Shown here one piece after another: positions 49,402 to 58,825 of a stretch of 64,000 nucleotides of DNA. The stretch's first letter is position 1. Every line of letters starts with the position of its first letter. Location of the stretch: NCBI GenBank assembly GCA_015069395.1, contig SVIR01000006.1:112-64111 (forward strand), given 5' to 3'. The notes below the pieces were generated by a model. That model worked only from the letters and a program-made list of their open reading frames with translations. It searched no databases and had not been told where the DNA came from. The position numbers and the translations under genes were made by a program. Origin of the DNA: Clostridiales bacterium. GTDB taxonomy: Bacteria; Bacillota; Clostridia; Christensenellales; UBA1242.

Positions 49402-51267
49402 TTACTCCTTTACAACAGCCTTAAATCTGCAAGTTTCATAACATTTTCCACACTTAATACACTTTTCTTGATCAATTTTAAATTGTTTTCTAATTTCTCC
49501 CGAAATAGCATTTGCTGGACATTGTCTTGAACAAGCACTACAACCAATACATTTGTCAGAAATTTCATATTTTGTAAGATTTTTGCAAACCCCTGCTCGA
49601 CATTTATGTTCAACAATATGCTCAATATATTCTTCTTTAAAATATTTCAAAGTGCTCAACACTGGGTTTGGACTAGTTTGCCCCAATCCACAAAGAGAAT
49701 TGCTTTTTACATATTCACAAAGCTCTTCAAGTTTGTCAAGATCGTCCATTGTAGCTTTCCCATCTGTGATTTTGGTCAAAAGTTCAAGAATACGTTTGTT
49801 TCCAATTCTACAAGGCGTGCATTTTCCACAACTTTCATCTCTTGTAAACTGCAGAAAAAATTTTGCAAGGTCAACCATACAAGAGTCTTCGTCAACGACT
49901 ATCATTCCTCCCGACCCCATCATAGCACCGATTTCATTTAAATTTTTGTAATCTATAGGGGTGTCGAGATATTGCTCTGGGATACAGCCCCCACTAGGAC
50001 CACCCATTTGCACTGCTTTAAATTTTTTTCCATTTGGGATTCCACCACCAATATCATACACAATTTCACGAATAGTTGTCCCCATAGGCAATTCTATAAG
50101 TCCTGAATTTTTTATCTTTCCAGTAAGCGCAAAAACCTTTGTTCCTTTGCTATCTTCTGTTCCGATTGAGTTGTACCAACTAGCTCCATTGTTTATTATT
50201 TGAGGAATATTTGCAAAAGTTTCAACATTGTTGATTACTGTCGGACAGCCATACAAACCTTTTGTTGCTGGATAAGGAGGCTTAAGTGTTGGTTCTCCAC
50301 GATTTCCTTCGATGCTCCTCATAAGTGCAGTTTCTTCTCCACATACAAAAGCTCCTGCACCATACTTGACCGAAAGATCAAAACTAAATCCCGATCCAAA
50401 AATGTTTTTTCCTAGAAACCCTTTTACTGTCGCATCGTCTATAGCCTTTTGCAACCTTTCGCCAGCAAGAGGATATTCTGCTCTTAAATATACATAACCT
50501 TTGGTTGCACCAATCGCATATCCACATATAGCCATGGCTTCAACTATTGCATGGGGATTGCTTTCTATAATGCTTCTATCCATAAAAGCTCCGGGATCGC
50601 CCTCATCTGCATTACAAATAACATATTTTTGTGGGGCTTCAACAATACGAGTAAACTCCCACTTGTTTCCTGTTGGAAAACCTGCACCACCACGACCACG
50701 GAGCCCACTTTCTTGAACAACTTTTACTACGTCCTCTGGCTTCATGGAAACCACTGCTTTATGAAGAGCCCTATAACCATCAAGAGCGACATAATCTTCT
50801 AATAAGTTTTCAAGACTCATAAATTCTGAGTTGTTTCTTGCAAGATATCTTTGTTTCTTGCAAAAACTCATTTCGTTTTTCTTTTCAATTGGTTTGCCAT
50901 CTTCGTGATGCAACAATCTCTCAACCAGTTTTCCTTCAGTAAGCATTGAAACAATTTCGTCAACATCGTCAACAGAAACCTTTTCATAAAGAGCATCTTG
51001 TGGATAAACCAACACTATAGGTCCATTTACACACAAGCCAAAACATCCTACGCCATGAACTTTTATAATATTTTCAAGCCCTTTATCTTTGATTTTTTGC
51101 TGTAAAGCCTCTTGAACTTTTTTGCTTTTACAACTTCGACAGCCCGTTCCTCCACATACCATAATATCATATTTATAGTCTACTCTGGAGACATCACCGA
51201 GTTTTCTGAAATTAACCTCTTTAATAAACTTTTGTTTAATCTCTTCCAATTCTTGAATTTTCACCAC
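49402..51267 (-). CDS. hydB: NuoF-like flavin/NAD(P)H-binding hydrogenase subunit (HydB/HndC)
   Basis: GLRGRGGAGFPTGNKWEF. NuoF 4Fe-4S motif ESCGKCTPCR. C-terminal 2x[4Fe-4S] ferredoxin motifs. Confidence 0.93.
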   Translation of the reverse strand: MVKIQELEEIKQKFIKEVNFRKLGDVSRVDYKYDIMVCGGTGCRSCKSKKVQEALQQKIKDKGLENIIKVHGVGCFGLCVNGPIVLVYPQDALYEKVSVDDVDEIVSMLTEGKLVERLLHHEDGKPIEKKNEMSFCKKQRYLARNNSEFMSLENLLEDYVALDGYRALHKAVVSMKPEDVVKVVQESGLRGRGGAGFPTGNKWEFTRIVEAPQKYVICNADEGDPGAFMDRSIIESNPHAIVEAMAICGYAIGATKGYVYLRAEYPLAGERLQKAIDDATVKGFLGKNIFGSGFSFDLSVKYGAGAFVCGEETALMRSIEGNRGEPTLKPPYPATKGLYGCPTVINNVETFANIPQIINNGASWYNSIGTEDSKGTKVFALTGKIKNSGLIELPMGTTIREIVYDIGGGIPNGKKFKAVQMGGPSGGCIPEQYLDTPIDYKNLNEIGAMMGSGGMIVVDEDSCMVDLAKFFLQFTRDESCGKCTPCRIGNKRILELLTKITDGKATMDDLDKLEELCEYVKSNSLCGLGQTSPNPVLSTLKYFKEEYIEHIVEHKCRAGVCKNLTKYEISDKCIGCSACSRQCPANAISGEIRKQFKIDQEKCIKCGKCYETCRFKAVVKE

Positions 51268-51274
51268 TTACCAC

Positions 51275-51760
51275 CTAATCTGCATAACTATCTATAATTT
51301 TGTCAACATCTTCGACTTTTAATTTTCCATATACTTCACCATTGATTGTAATAGCTGGAGCAAGGCCACAACAACCAAGACACCTACAACTAGTCACTAT
51401 CCATTTTCCATCTTTTGTCATTTCTCCTACTCGAACCCCAAGTTTGGATAAAACTTTATCAAATATCTCTTGAGCTCCTAAAACAAAGCAAGCTGTACCT
51501 AGACACACATCAATATTATATTTTGCTTTTGGAGTTAGCGAAAATTGACTATAAAAAGTGATAATTCCATAGACTTTATTTTCTGCAATTTTTAAGGCTT
51601 CTGCAATCATTTTAACAGTCTCTTCAGGTATATATCCAAAAATATTTTGGGTTTTTTGCAATGTCTCCATTACATTTTCAGATTTTTCTTTATTTGCTTC
51701 CAACAATAAATTGAACGCTCTCACTTGTTCGTCTGTTCCAAGCTTTTTACAGTCGCACAT
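51275..51760 (-). CDS. hydC: NuoE-like 2Fe-2S thioredoxin-fold hydrogenase subunit (HydC/HndA)
   Basis: CLGTACFVLG...CRCLGCCGLAPA. Confidence 0.9.
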   Translation of the reverse strand: MCDCKKLGTDEQVRAFNLLLEANKEKSENVMETLQKTQNIFGYIPEETVKMIAEALKIAENKVYGIITFYSQFSLTPKAKYNIDVCLGTACFVLGAQEIFDKVLSKLGVRVGEMTKDGKWIVTSCRCLGCCGLAPAITINGEVYGKLKVEDVDKIIDSYAD

Positions 51761-52040
51761 AATGGCCTCCTAAATTTCTTATAGTTTTATTTTATCAAAG
51801 ATTTTTTCAATTTCAAACAAATTACGCCAATAAACACAACCAAAAAGACAATATATTTTTTCAAATTGTGCCATTATTCTAAAAGATTTCAAACAAGCAA
51901 AAAATATGCCACATTTAGAATAAAAAACAAAAGTTTTGTTTTTGAAAAAAATACATCTTACACTTTTTTAAAAACTTTTGAATAATATGATTTTGAACAC
52001 AATTGCTATTTTGCAATGTGTAATACAAAGGAGAATAAAT

Positions 52041-52502
52041 ATGAATTTTAATCAAAGATACAATTCAAACTGCTCAGATTATTACAATGAATCATATTCT
52101 CGCAATGTTAGTCAAAGAAGCAGCAAAAACTATTGTAACTTCCCTCAAGAATGGAATTGGAACAATGACTGGGACGAAAAAGAATACTGGGATTTTAAAG
52201 ACGATTGCAGAGATTGTCGTTGCAACCACGGTTCAAATCTGAAACAAGATTATAGAGGTTGTGAAAAAGATTTCGACAAGGATTTTGACCCAGATTATAA
52301 AAAATGTGAAAAACATGAAAGAGGATTTGATAGAAATTTTGAGAAGTATGAAAAAGATTTTGAAGACGACAAACAATATAATCGCAAAGAGAAATCTGAT
52401 AGATGTGAAGAAGACAAAAATTCAAAAGGTCAAGATCACACTAGCCAAAGATGTTGTAGAAGAAACTGCCTCTGTGGTCTTTTCAAAATTTTTCACTGCT
52501 AA
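52041..52502 (+). CDS. Cys/Asp/Lys/Asn-rich low-complexity protein (153 aa)
   Basis: The ATG at 52041 is preceded by AAAGGAGAA. Sequence: MNFNQRYNSNCSDYYNES...repeats of (C)EKDFDKDFDPDYKKCEKHERGFDRNFEKYEKDFEDD...CCRRNCLCGLFKIFHC. Confidence 0.55.
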   Translation: MNFNQRYNSNCSDYYNESYSRNVSQRSSKNYCNFPQEWNWNNDWDEKEYWDFKDDCRDCRCNHGSNLKQDYRGCEKDFDKDFDPDYKKCEKHERGFDRNFEKYEKDFEDDKQYNRKEKSDRCEEDKNSKGQDHTSQRCCRRNCLCGLFKIFHC

Positions 52503-52570
52503 AAAAAAGGTAGTCAATATGACTGCCTCTCTACATAAAAATAATCTATATCTTTGATTTTAAAGTTCAT

Positions 52571-52596
52571 AAAAAAACACCCAGTTGGGTGTTTTC
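52571..52596. terminator. bidirectional terminator between 52041..52502 and cls
   Basis: AAAAAA-ACACCC-AGTT-GGGTGT-TTTC. Confidence 0.7.
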
Positions 52597-52655
52597 TCTT
52601 ATTCACTATTTTTTTGACATTGTAAGTTTTTTGTTAAGATTTTGATAAAACAATT

Positions 52656-54239
52656 TTACATAAATGGAGAAACCAGATTTACAATTCCTGCAACAACTCT
52701 AAACAAAAATTTGTTGCGTTTTTTGTTTGTTTCATCAATAAGCACGGACTGTTCAAAAGTCGTACGAAAATCATTTTCAATTTCAACCAAAGTGTTTTTG
52801 TCATTTAAAAGTACGGCACATTCAAATTGTTGATAAAAACTTCTCAAGTCCATATTCATTGTGCCAATTATCGCATCATTTTCGTTCAACAAAACTTTAC
52901 TGTGTACAAAACTGCTTTTCATAGTATAAACTTTTACACCACTTTCAATAAGCTTTTCTGCACTATTTCGAGATACAATATAAACGATTTGTTTGTCTGC
53001 AATACCTGGCAAAATTATTCTTACGTCCACTCCTGATTTTGCCTTGTTAATCAAAAGGTTTGTTATCGTATCATCAACAACAAGATACGGAGACATAATA
53101 TAAAGTTTTTCGTTTGCATTCGCAATCAAATTTGTATATGCGTTTTTTCCTATGTTGTCAGGATAATCAAGACCATCTGCATAAGGAACTACTACAGAAC
53201 TATTGTTTGTAGGTTCGCTCAAACGAAGATACTTCTCATAACTTACTTCTTGTTTGGAAACAAACTCCCACTGTCTTAAAAACATCAATGTAAATCCATC
53301 CACTGCAGGTCCTTTTATACGTACTCCAGCATCTTTCCAATATCCATGAGACCTTTTTTCGTTGACATATTCGTCAGCCAAATTTGCTCCACCCGTATAA
53401 GCCACTTTTCCATCTATAACAACAATTTTTCTATGGTCTCTGAAATTATATAAGATCTTAAACTGTGGCAAAACTTTGTTAAAAGTAAACAATTTAATCC
53501 CTGCATTTTTGATTTCTTTTTTTGTTGCACGCTTCAACGAACCATGGCTTCCAAAATCGTCATATATTATTCTTACGTCAACCCCTTGCTTCACTTTCTC
53601 TTTGAGAATAGTTAAAAATTTGTTTAGCAATATTCCGTTTGCAATAATATAATATTCAATAAAAATAAACCTTTCTGCTCTTTCAAGCTCTGCCAATACA
53701 TCGTCAAACAAACTTGCTCCACTAGGAAAATACTTTGTGTCTGTATTCGTATATGAGACGAAATTTCCTGCTTTTTGTAAATATTTACACTCGTTTTCAA
53801 TTTCTTTGTTTTTAATTTCGCAGTTTGATACTCCAATATGCGCATAGCTTCTTTCCAATATCTTGTTGTAAATCTTTTTACGCTTTCCCCAAAAAACTCT
53901 TACGCTGGAGCCAATATAAATCAAATAACTAAAAGTTGGACAAATCAACAAAAAGAAAACCCATATTGGTTTTGATTGACTGTTTTTATTGCTCGACAAA
54001 ACATAAATACACGCAATAAAGCTAAATACAATCGAAACTATGGTAAACCATTTAAAAAATGTCAACAAATAATGATAAGCAAGCACAAGCAAACAAAATT
54101 GGAGAGCCACCCCCAACAGAACTAAAACCGTTTTTAATGTACCCAAACTATTTCTTTCTGTCTTTATTTTTACTATATCCACATCAGGATTGGTAGCCAA
54201 ATATTTTCGACCGGTATAATTTAATTTATTCTTACCCAT
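52656..54239 (-). CDS. cls: cardiolipin synthase
   Basis: Two N-terminal TM helices. Two HKD motifs: HRKIVVIDGKVAYTGGANL and HSKVLLNENDAIIGTMNMD. Confidence 0.92.
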   Translation of the reverse strand: MGKNKLNYTGRKYLATNPDVDIVKIKTERNSLGTLKTVLVLLGVALQFCLLVLAYHYLLTFFKWFTIVSIVFSFIACIYVLSSNKNSQSKPIWVFFLLICPTFSYLIYIGSSVRVFWGKRKKIYNKILERSYAHIGVSNCEIKNKEIENECKYLQKAGNFVSYTNTDTKYFPSGASLFDDVLAELERAERFIFIEYYIIANGILLNKFLTILKEKVKQGVDVRIIYDDFGSHGSLKRATKKEIKNAGIKLFTFNKVLPQFKILYNFRDHRKIVVIDGKVAYTGGANLADEYVNEKRSHGYWKDAGVRIKGPAVDGFTLMFLRQWEFVSKQEVSYEKYLRLSEPTNNSSVVVPYADGLDYPDNIGKNAYTNLIANANEKLYIMSPYLVVDDTITNLLINKAKSGVDVRIILPGIADKQIVYIVSRNSAEKLIESGVKVYTMKSSFVHSKVLLNENDAIIGTMNMDLRSFYQQFECAVLLNDKNTLVEIENDFRTTFEQSVLIDETNKKRNKFLFRVVAGIVNLVSPFM

Positions 54240-54240
54240 T

Positions 54241-54777
54241 TTATACCTCCGTCAAACTTCTTGCTTTTTTACAATATTCTTCGATCGCATCATTATATAT
54301 CTTGTTTTTTTCTTCAAACTCAGTCTTTTCTTTTTTTATAATCTTGCTTATAAAAATTGGAAGCAAAACTATTGTTGCAATTGCTAATAACACAAATAAA
54401 CAAGCAAAAACTACCCCATTTACAAAAGTCATAAACAAAAAGGATAACACAGCACTGCAAATAAGCATTGAAGCCAACAAGCCCAATGAAATCCCGACAC
54501 AAAGAGATTTTAAATGTTTCCTTCTGTTGAGTCTGCCTTTTTCATTAATCTCATTTTCCATATTTACTTGCATATATTGCAAAGAATCTTTGTTTTTAAT
54601 AAAATGAGGTCTAAAAAATTCAACTTCTAAAAGATTTTCATAATAAGGATGCTGACTAGAGTTCAATACGCTCCAACCGAAACATTCGTAATCTTTAACA
54701 ATTTCTTCTACATTTTCTTTTTTGATAACAATTGTTTGATAGTCAAACTCTTTATGATTCCTTTCTATTTTCTTCAT
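54241..54777 (-). CDS. membrane protein, function unknown, translationally coupled to cls
   Basis: Soluble N-terminal domain followed by two TM helices. The stop is 1 nt before the cls start. Confidence 0.6.
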   Translation of the reverse strand: MKKIERNHKEFDYQTIVIKKENVEEIVKDYECFGWSVLNSSQHPYYENLLEVEFFRPHFIKNKDSLQYMQVNMENEINEKGRLNRRKHLKSLCVGISLGLLASMLICSAVLSFLFMTFVNGVVFACLFVLLAIATIVLLPIFISKIIKKEKTEFEEKNKIYNDAIEEYCKKARSLTEV

Positions 54778-55073
54778 TTAACAACTCACCACTTATTTTC
54801 AAAATTTTTTCAGTTTGTTTTTTGATTATTCGGATTTCCTAATAAACAGATATAAACATCTCAACATATATCATATATAATTGTACAATGCCATTAATCA
54901 CACTTAGTATAACATATTTTTTCTATAACTTTAATTAAATTAATATAAATTTTGCAAAACCTTTAAGTCTTTTGCTATTTATTGCTAAAGTTTTTATAAA
55001 AATTTTGTAATGTTCTGTTGCAAATTTCAACAAAAAATGCTATAAAATATATAGAATAAAGGAGAAAAAAGCT

Positions 55074-55472
55074 ATGTGGTGGTTTAAGAAAAAGAAGAAA
55101 AAAATAGAAGAAGAAAAACAAGCAGAAGAAAGCAAGGTTTTAGAAACAAACCAAGTCGAGCAAGAAAAAACTGAAGAGGCAGAAGAGGAAAAGTCTGCTA
55201 AAAAAGAAAAAGAAACAAAAACTGTTAAAACCCCTGCTAAAAAAGCAGACAAGAAAGAAACAGAATCTGCTCCAAAAACTAGAAAAGCTCTTTATCGCGT
55301 TATGTATGACAAAGAAGCTCGTATGTGGATTATCAAAAAAGATGGTGCAAAAAGAACTATCGCATCTTTCACTACAAAAGAAGATGCTTTAAATAGAGTA
55401 AAAGAACTATCAGCATCAAAAGATCTGAACTTTGTAGTACATAAAAAAGACGGAAGGTTTCAAAAAAAATAA
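55074..55472 (+). CDS. DUF2188-like protein with Lys/Glu-rich N-terminal region
   Basis: The C-terminal part YRVMYDKEARMWIIKKDGAKRTIASFTTKEDALNRVKELSASKDLNFVVHKKDGRF fits the DUF2188 pattern. Confidence 0.6.
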   Translation: MWWFKKKKKKIEEEKQAEESKVLETNQVEQEKTEEAEEEKSAKKEKETKTVKTPAKKADKKETESAPKTRKALYRVMYDKEARMWIIKKDGAKRTIASFTTKEDALNRVKELSASKDLNFVVHKKDGRFQKK

Positions 55473-55496
55473 AAAGTGTCAACAGACACTTTTTTT
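55471..55496. terminator. bidirectional terminator
   Basis: AAAAA-GTGTC-AACA-GACAC-TTTTTTT. Confidence 0.8.
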
Positions 55497-56952
55497 ATTT
55501 CCAATCTATAGCTTTTATTGTTTTCGCAAATCGTTTTTTATAATTTTCTGGCACTCTATATTCCCAACAACCCACTGCAGTACCAGGAATATTCATTCTT
55601 GCCGATTTGTCTTGCATCAAAAAGTCTTGTATTTGCAATATAATGGTTTTGCTTTTGCTTGCCAGCATCTTTTTAATACAACCAACCAAAATATCTTTGT
55701 CTTCTTTCTCACTTTTTGTCATTTTGATTATTTGTAGTTTAGTTTCTATAGAAGAATCTTTTAAAAAACCGAGAAAAGTGTTGTTGTCGTGGGTTCCTAG
55801 ATAATAAACACTGTTTTCACAAACATTTTGAGGCAAATATGGATTTTTTTTGTCTCCATCAAATGCAAATTGCAAAACATTCATTCCCTTAAGATTAAAC
55901 TTTTCTTTAATTTTTTTTCCTTCTTCTGTGATTATTCCAAGGTCTTCGATCACAAAGTTTTTTAGCCCAAACTTTGTTTTAATGGCGTCAAAAACTTTTT
56001 CTCCCCCTCCTTTTTTCCATTTGCCTTCTGCAATATTTTTATTTTCAATTTCAAAATGTTTGCTATAGCCAGTAAAATGATCCAGTCTCACAATATCACA
56101 AAGAGATTTTGCAAAGGAAATCCTGTTTAAAACATATTGAAAATTATTTTTCTCTAAAAAACTCCAGTTGTAGACACAAGTGCCCCAGTCTTGTCCATCA
56201 GAACAAAATTCGTCAGCTGGAACTCCTCCGGAAACATTATTATTAAAGTTTTTGTCAAGTTTAAAATTATGAGGGTTTTGAAAAACATCAAAAGAAGTTA
56301 TGTCCAAATATATCGGCAAATCCCCCAAAATTTTTACTTTTTTGCTTTTTGCATAAGCCCTTACATTGCCCCACTGGTCTCTTAATAAATATTGTGCAAA
56401 AATAAATCTTCCAATTTCATTTTTTGTGCTTTTGAAAAATTGTTGTCCTTTGCTAGAGTTTCTATCCCACAACTCTTTTGGGGTTTTCCTCCAATCTCTT
56501 GCATTATGAGTTTTTAACAAGACTTTGTAATATGCATAGTCAACTATAAAAGAATTTGATCTTGCAAACCTTTTTATTTTTTCTTTTATTGTTTCGTCAA
56601 TATTAAGATATGCAATATCCAAAAGTCTTGATTTTTCTTTTTTTACAACTTCAAAATTTACTTTAGCCGTTTTCTTAAGACGTTTTAATGTTTTTAACTC
56701 TTTTTGTTTGACAAGTTGGCGTTCAACCAAATCCTCCACAGCTATAAACATTTCGTCAATACTAAAAGAACTCATTGCTCCATAAGGACAATTAAATACA
56801 TTTGTATCATTTAATGGCAAAATTTGCCAGATGTTTATATTATTTTCACTCAATACATCTAGAAAATCAAAACTTGATCTTCCGAAATCTCCAATTCCAA
56901 ACTGACTTGGCAAACACGTAACGTGACACAATACGCCTAATTCTTTTTTCAT
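55495..56952 (-). CDS. malQ: 4-alpha-glucanotransferase (GH77 amylomaltase)
   Basis: GVLCHVTCLPSQFGIGDFG, WQILPLN, RLDHFTGY, VIEDLG and YLGTHDN. Start uncertain (56952 or 57000). Confidence 0.88.
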   Translation of the reverse strand: MKKELGVLCHVTCLPSQFGIGDFGRSSFDFLDVLSENNINIWQILPLNDTNVFNCPYGAMSSFSIDEMFIAVEDLVERQLVKQKELKTLKRLKKTAKVNFEVVKKEKSRLLDIAYLNIDETIKEKIKRFARSNSFIVDYAYYKVLLKTHNARDWRKTPKELWDRNSSKGQQFFKSTKNEIGRFIFAQYLLRDQWGNVRAYAKSKKVKILGDLPIYLDITSFDVFQNPHNFKLDKNFNNNVSGGVPADEFCSDGQDWGTCVYNWSFLEKNNFQYVLNRISFAKSLCDIVRLDHFTGYSKHFEIENKNIAEGKWKKGGGEKVFDAIKTKFGLKNFVIEDLGIITEEGKKIKEKFNLKGMNVLQFAFDGDKKNPYLPQNVCENSVYYLGTHDNNTFLGFLKDSSIETKLQIIKMTKSEKEDKDILVGCIKKMLASKSKTIILQIQDFLMQDKSARMNIPGTAVGCWEYRVPENYKKRFAKTIKAIDWK

Positions 56953-57031
56953 ATTTTTATAATAACAAATTGTTGGTGCATTGTAAAACATTTTTATCAA
57001 AAAAACTCTCTTAAATAAGAGAGCTTTTTAT

Positions 57032-58825
57032 TTAAAATTCTTCAACTTCTTCAAATTGAGAATTGTAAAGTTCGGCATAGAATCCGTTTTTCTCAAGTAA
57101 AGTTTCATGATTTCCTTGTTCGATAATGTCTCCATCTTTCAACACCAAAATCACGTCAGCATTTTTGATTGTAGACAATCTATGAGCAATCACAAAAGAA
57201 GTACGATTTTTTGTCAATTCGTCCATAGCTTTTTGAATTACGAGTTCAGTCCTCGTATCTACATTTGATGTTGCTTCGTCTAAAATCAGCAAAGGAGAAT
57301 CTTTTATCATTGCTCTGGCTATTGTCAATTGTTGTTTTTGTCCCTCTGAAAGAGCTGACACATCACTAAGAACAGTATTATAACCATTTTCTAATGTTGA
57401 AATATAATGTTTCAAACCAACTGCCTCACACACCTTGTCGAGTTCTTCGTCAGAAACTCCTTCTTTGTTATAAACCAAATTTTCTCTCAAAGTTCCACCA
57501 AAAAGCCAAGTGTCTTGCAAAATCATATCAAACATATCTCTAACAGTTTCTCTTTTCATATCTTTGATTGAAACTCCGTCAATCAAAATATCTCCTTCGT
57601 TTACTTCATAAAATCTCATAAGCAAGTTTACAATAGTTGTTTTTCCAGCTCCAGTAGGTCCAACAATGGCAACTTTTTGGCCAGCTTTCAAGTTTGCTGA
57701 AAAGTCTTTGATAATTATCTTATCTTCGTTGTATCCAAACTTAACATTTTTAAATTCAACATTTCCTTTCACTGTTTCCAACTCAAGCGTTTTGTCGGTT
57801 TCGTCAGATACTTCTTGAGCTTCCAACATTTCAAACACTCTTTTTGAAGCTGCTGATGCTTGTTGAAGAGATTGCATACTTTGAGCAAAGGTTGTAAGTG
57901 GTTGAGAAAACAGTCTCGCATAAATAGTAAAAGCAATCAAAGTTCCGATTGTTACAGAGGTCCCTCCTCCAACTATGATTGAGACTCCCACAATGAAAAT
58001 TAAAAGATAGGACAAGTTTCCAACAAACGACATAATTGGCATCATCATTCCTGACATAAATTGAGATTTCCATTCTGTGTTGTAAATATTGTTGTTGTTT
58101 TTGGCAAACTTTTTCTTTTCAATTTCTGTTCCATTGTACGATTTAACTATATTAAAATTTGTATACGCCTCTTCAATGTGTCCATTCATATCACCAAGAT
58201 ATTGTTGTCTCTTGTTGAAATATTTTTGCGATTTGCTCAATATCAAGGCCATAAATACAAATCCCAACAAAGAGGCTCCTATCGTCACCAACGAAAGCAC
58301 TACGTTTGTTTGAAACATTTTTATCACAACACCGACAAACAAAACTGCCGCGCTTACTAAATTTGCTATACTTGAGCCCAAAGTTTGAGAAATTGTATCA
58401 ACATCATTTGTTACTCTACTCAAAATATCGCCCTTTGTGGTTTTGTCAAAATAAGAGAGTGGCAATTTGTTGATTTTTTTATTTATGTCTGTACGCAATT
58501 TTTTCGATGTTTTTTGCGTAACAACTGCCATAATATAGTGTTGTACATAAGAAAATATTGCACCGATTGAATAAAGGCAAATAAGAAAAATACAAACCTC
58601 AACAAATTCTCCCATATCAACACCAGTAATAATTCCACCCAGGATAACGTTCATTAAATCAGATATCTTTTCTGGACCAATAATTGTTGTTACACTGCCT
58701 ACAACTGCACAAATAATGCTAATAATGATTGCAGGAAGATATGGTTTGCAATAAGCAAAAATCTTTTTTATTGCCTTAAAATCCATCTTCTCTCGTTGCC
58801 TTGTTTCTTTTTTCTTCTTAGCCAT
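57032..58825 (-). CDS. ABC exporter fused permease/ATPase (heterodimer partner B)
   Basis: 6-TM domain. Walker A GPTGAGKTT. Signature LSEGQKQ. Walker B ILDEATS. The start overlaps the upstream stop (TAATG). Confidence 0.9.
   Translation of the reverse strand: MAKKKKETRQREKMDFKAIKKIFAYCKPYLPAIIISIICAVVGSVTTIIGPEKISDLMNVILGGIITGVDMGEFVEVCIFLICLYSIGAIFSYVQHYIMAVVTQKTSKKLRTDINKKINKLPLSYFDKTTKGDILSRVTNDVDTISQTLGSSIANLVSAAVLFVGVVIKMFQTNVVLSLVTIGASLLGFVFMALILSKSQKYFNKRQQYLGDMNGHIEEAYTNFNIVKSYNGTEIEKKKFAKNNNNIYNTEWKSQFMSGMMMPIMSFVGNLSYLLIFIVGVSIIVGGGTSVTIGTLIAFTIYARLFSQPLTTFAQSMQSLQQASAASKRVFEMLEAQEVSDETDKTLELETVKGNVEFKNVKFGYNEDKIIIKDFSANLKAGQKVAIVGPTGAGKTTIVNLLMRFYEVNEGDILIDGVSIKDMKRETVRDMFDMILQDTWLFGGTLRENLVYNKEGVSDEELDKVCEAVGLKHYISTLENGYNTVLSDVSALSEGQKQQLTIARAMIKDSPLLILDEATSNVDTRTELVIQKAMDELTKNRTSFVIAHRLSTIKNADVILVLKDGDIIEQGNHETLLEKNGFYAELYNSQFEEVEEF

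Noticed and set aside
51761-52040. Rex operator upstream of hydCBA
   Set aside because: No TTGTGAA / 4-nt spacer / TTCACAA-like site occurs on either strand. Only AT-rich palindromes are present, and these are reported separately at low interest.
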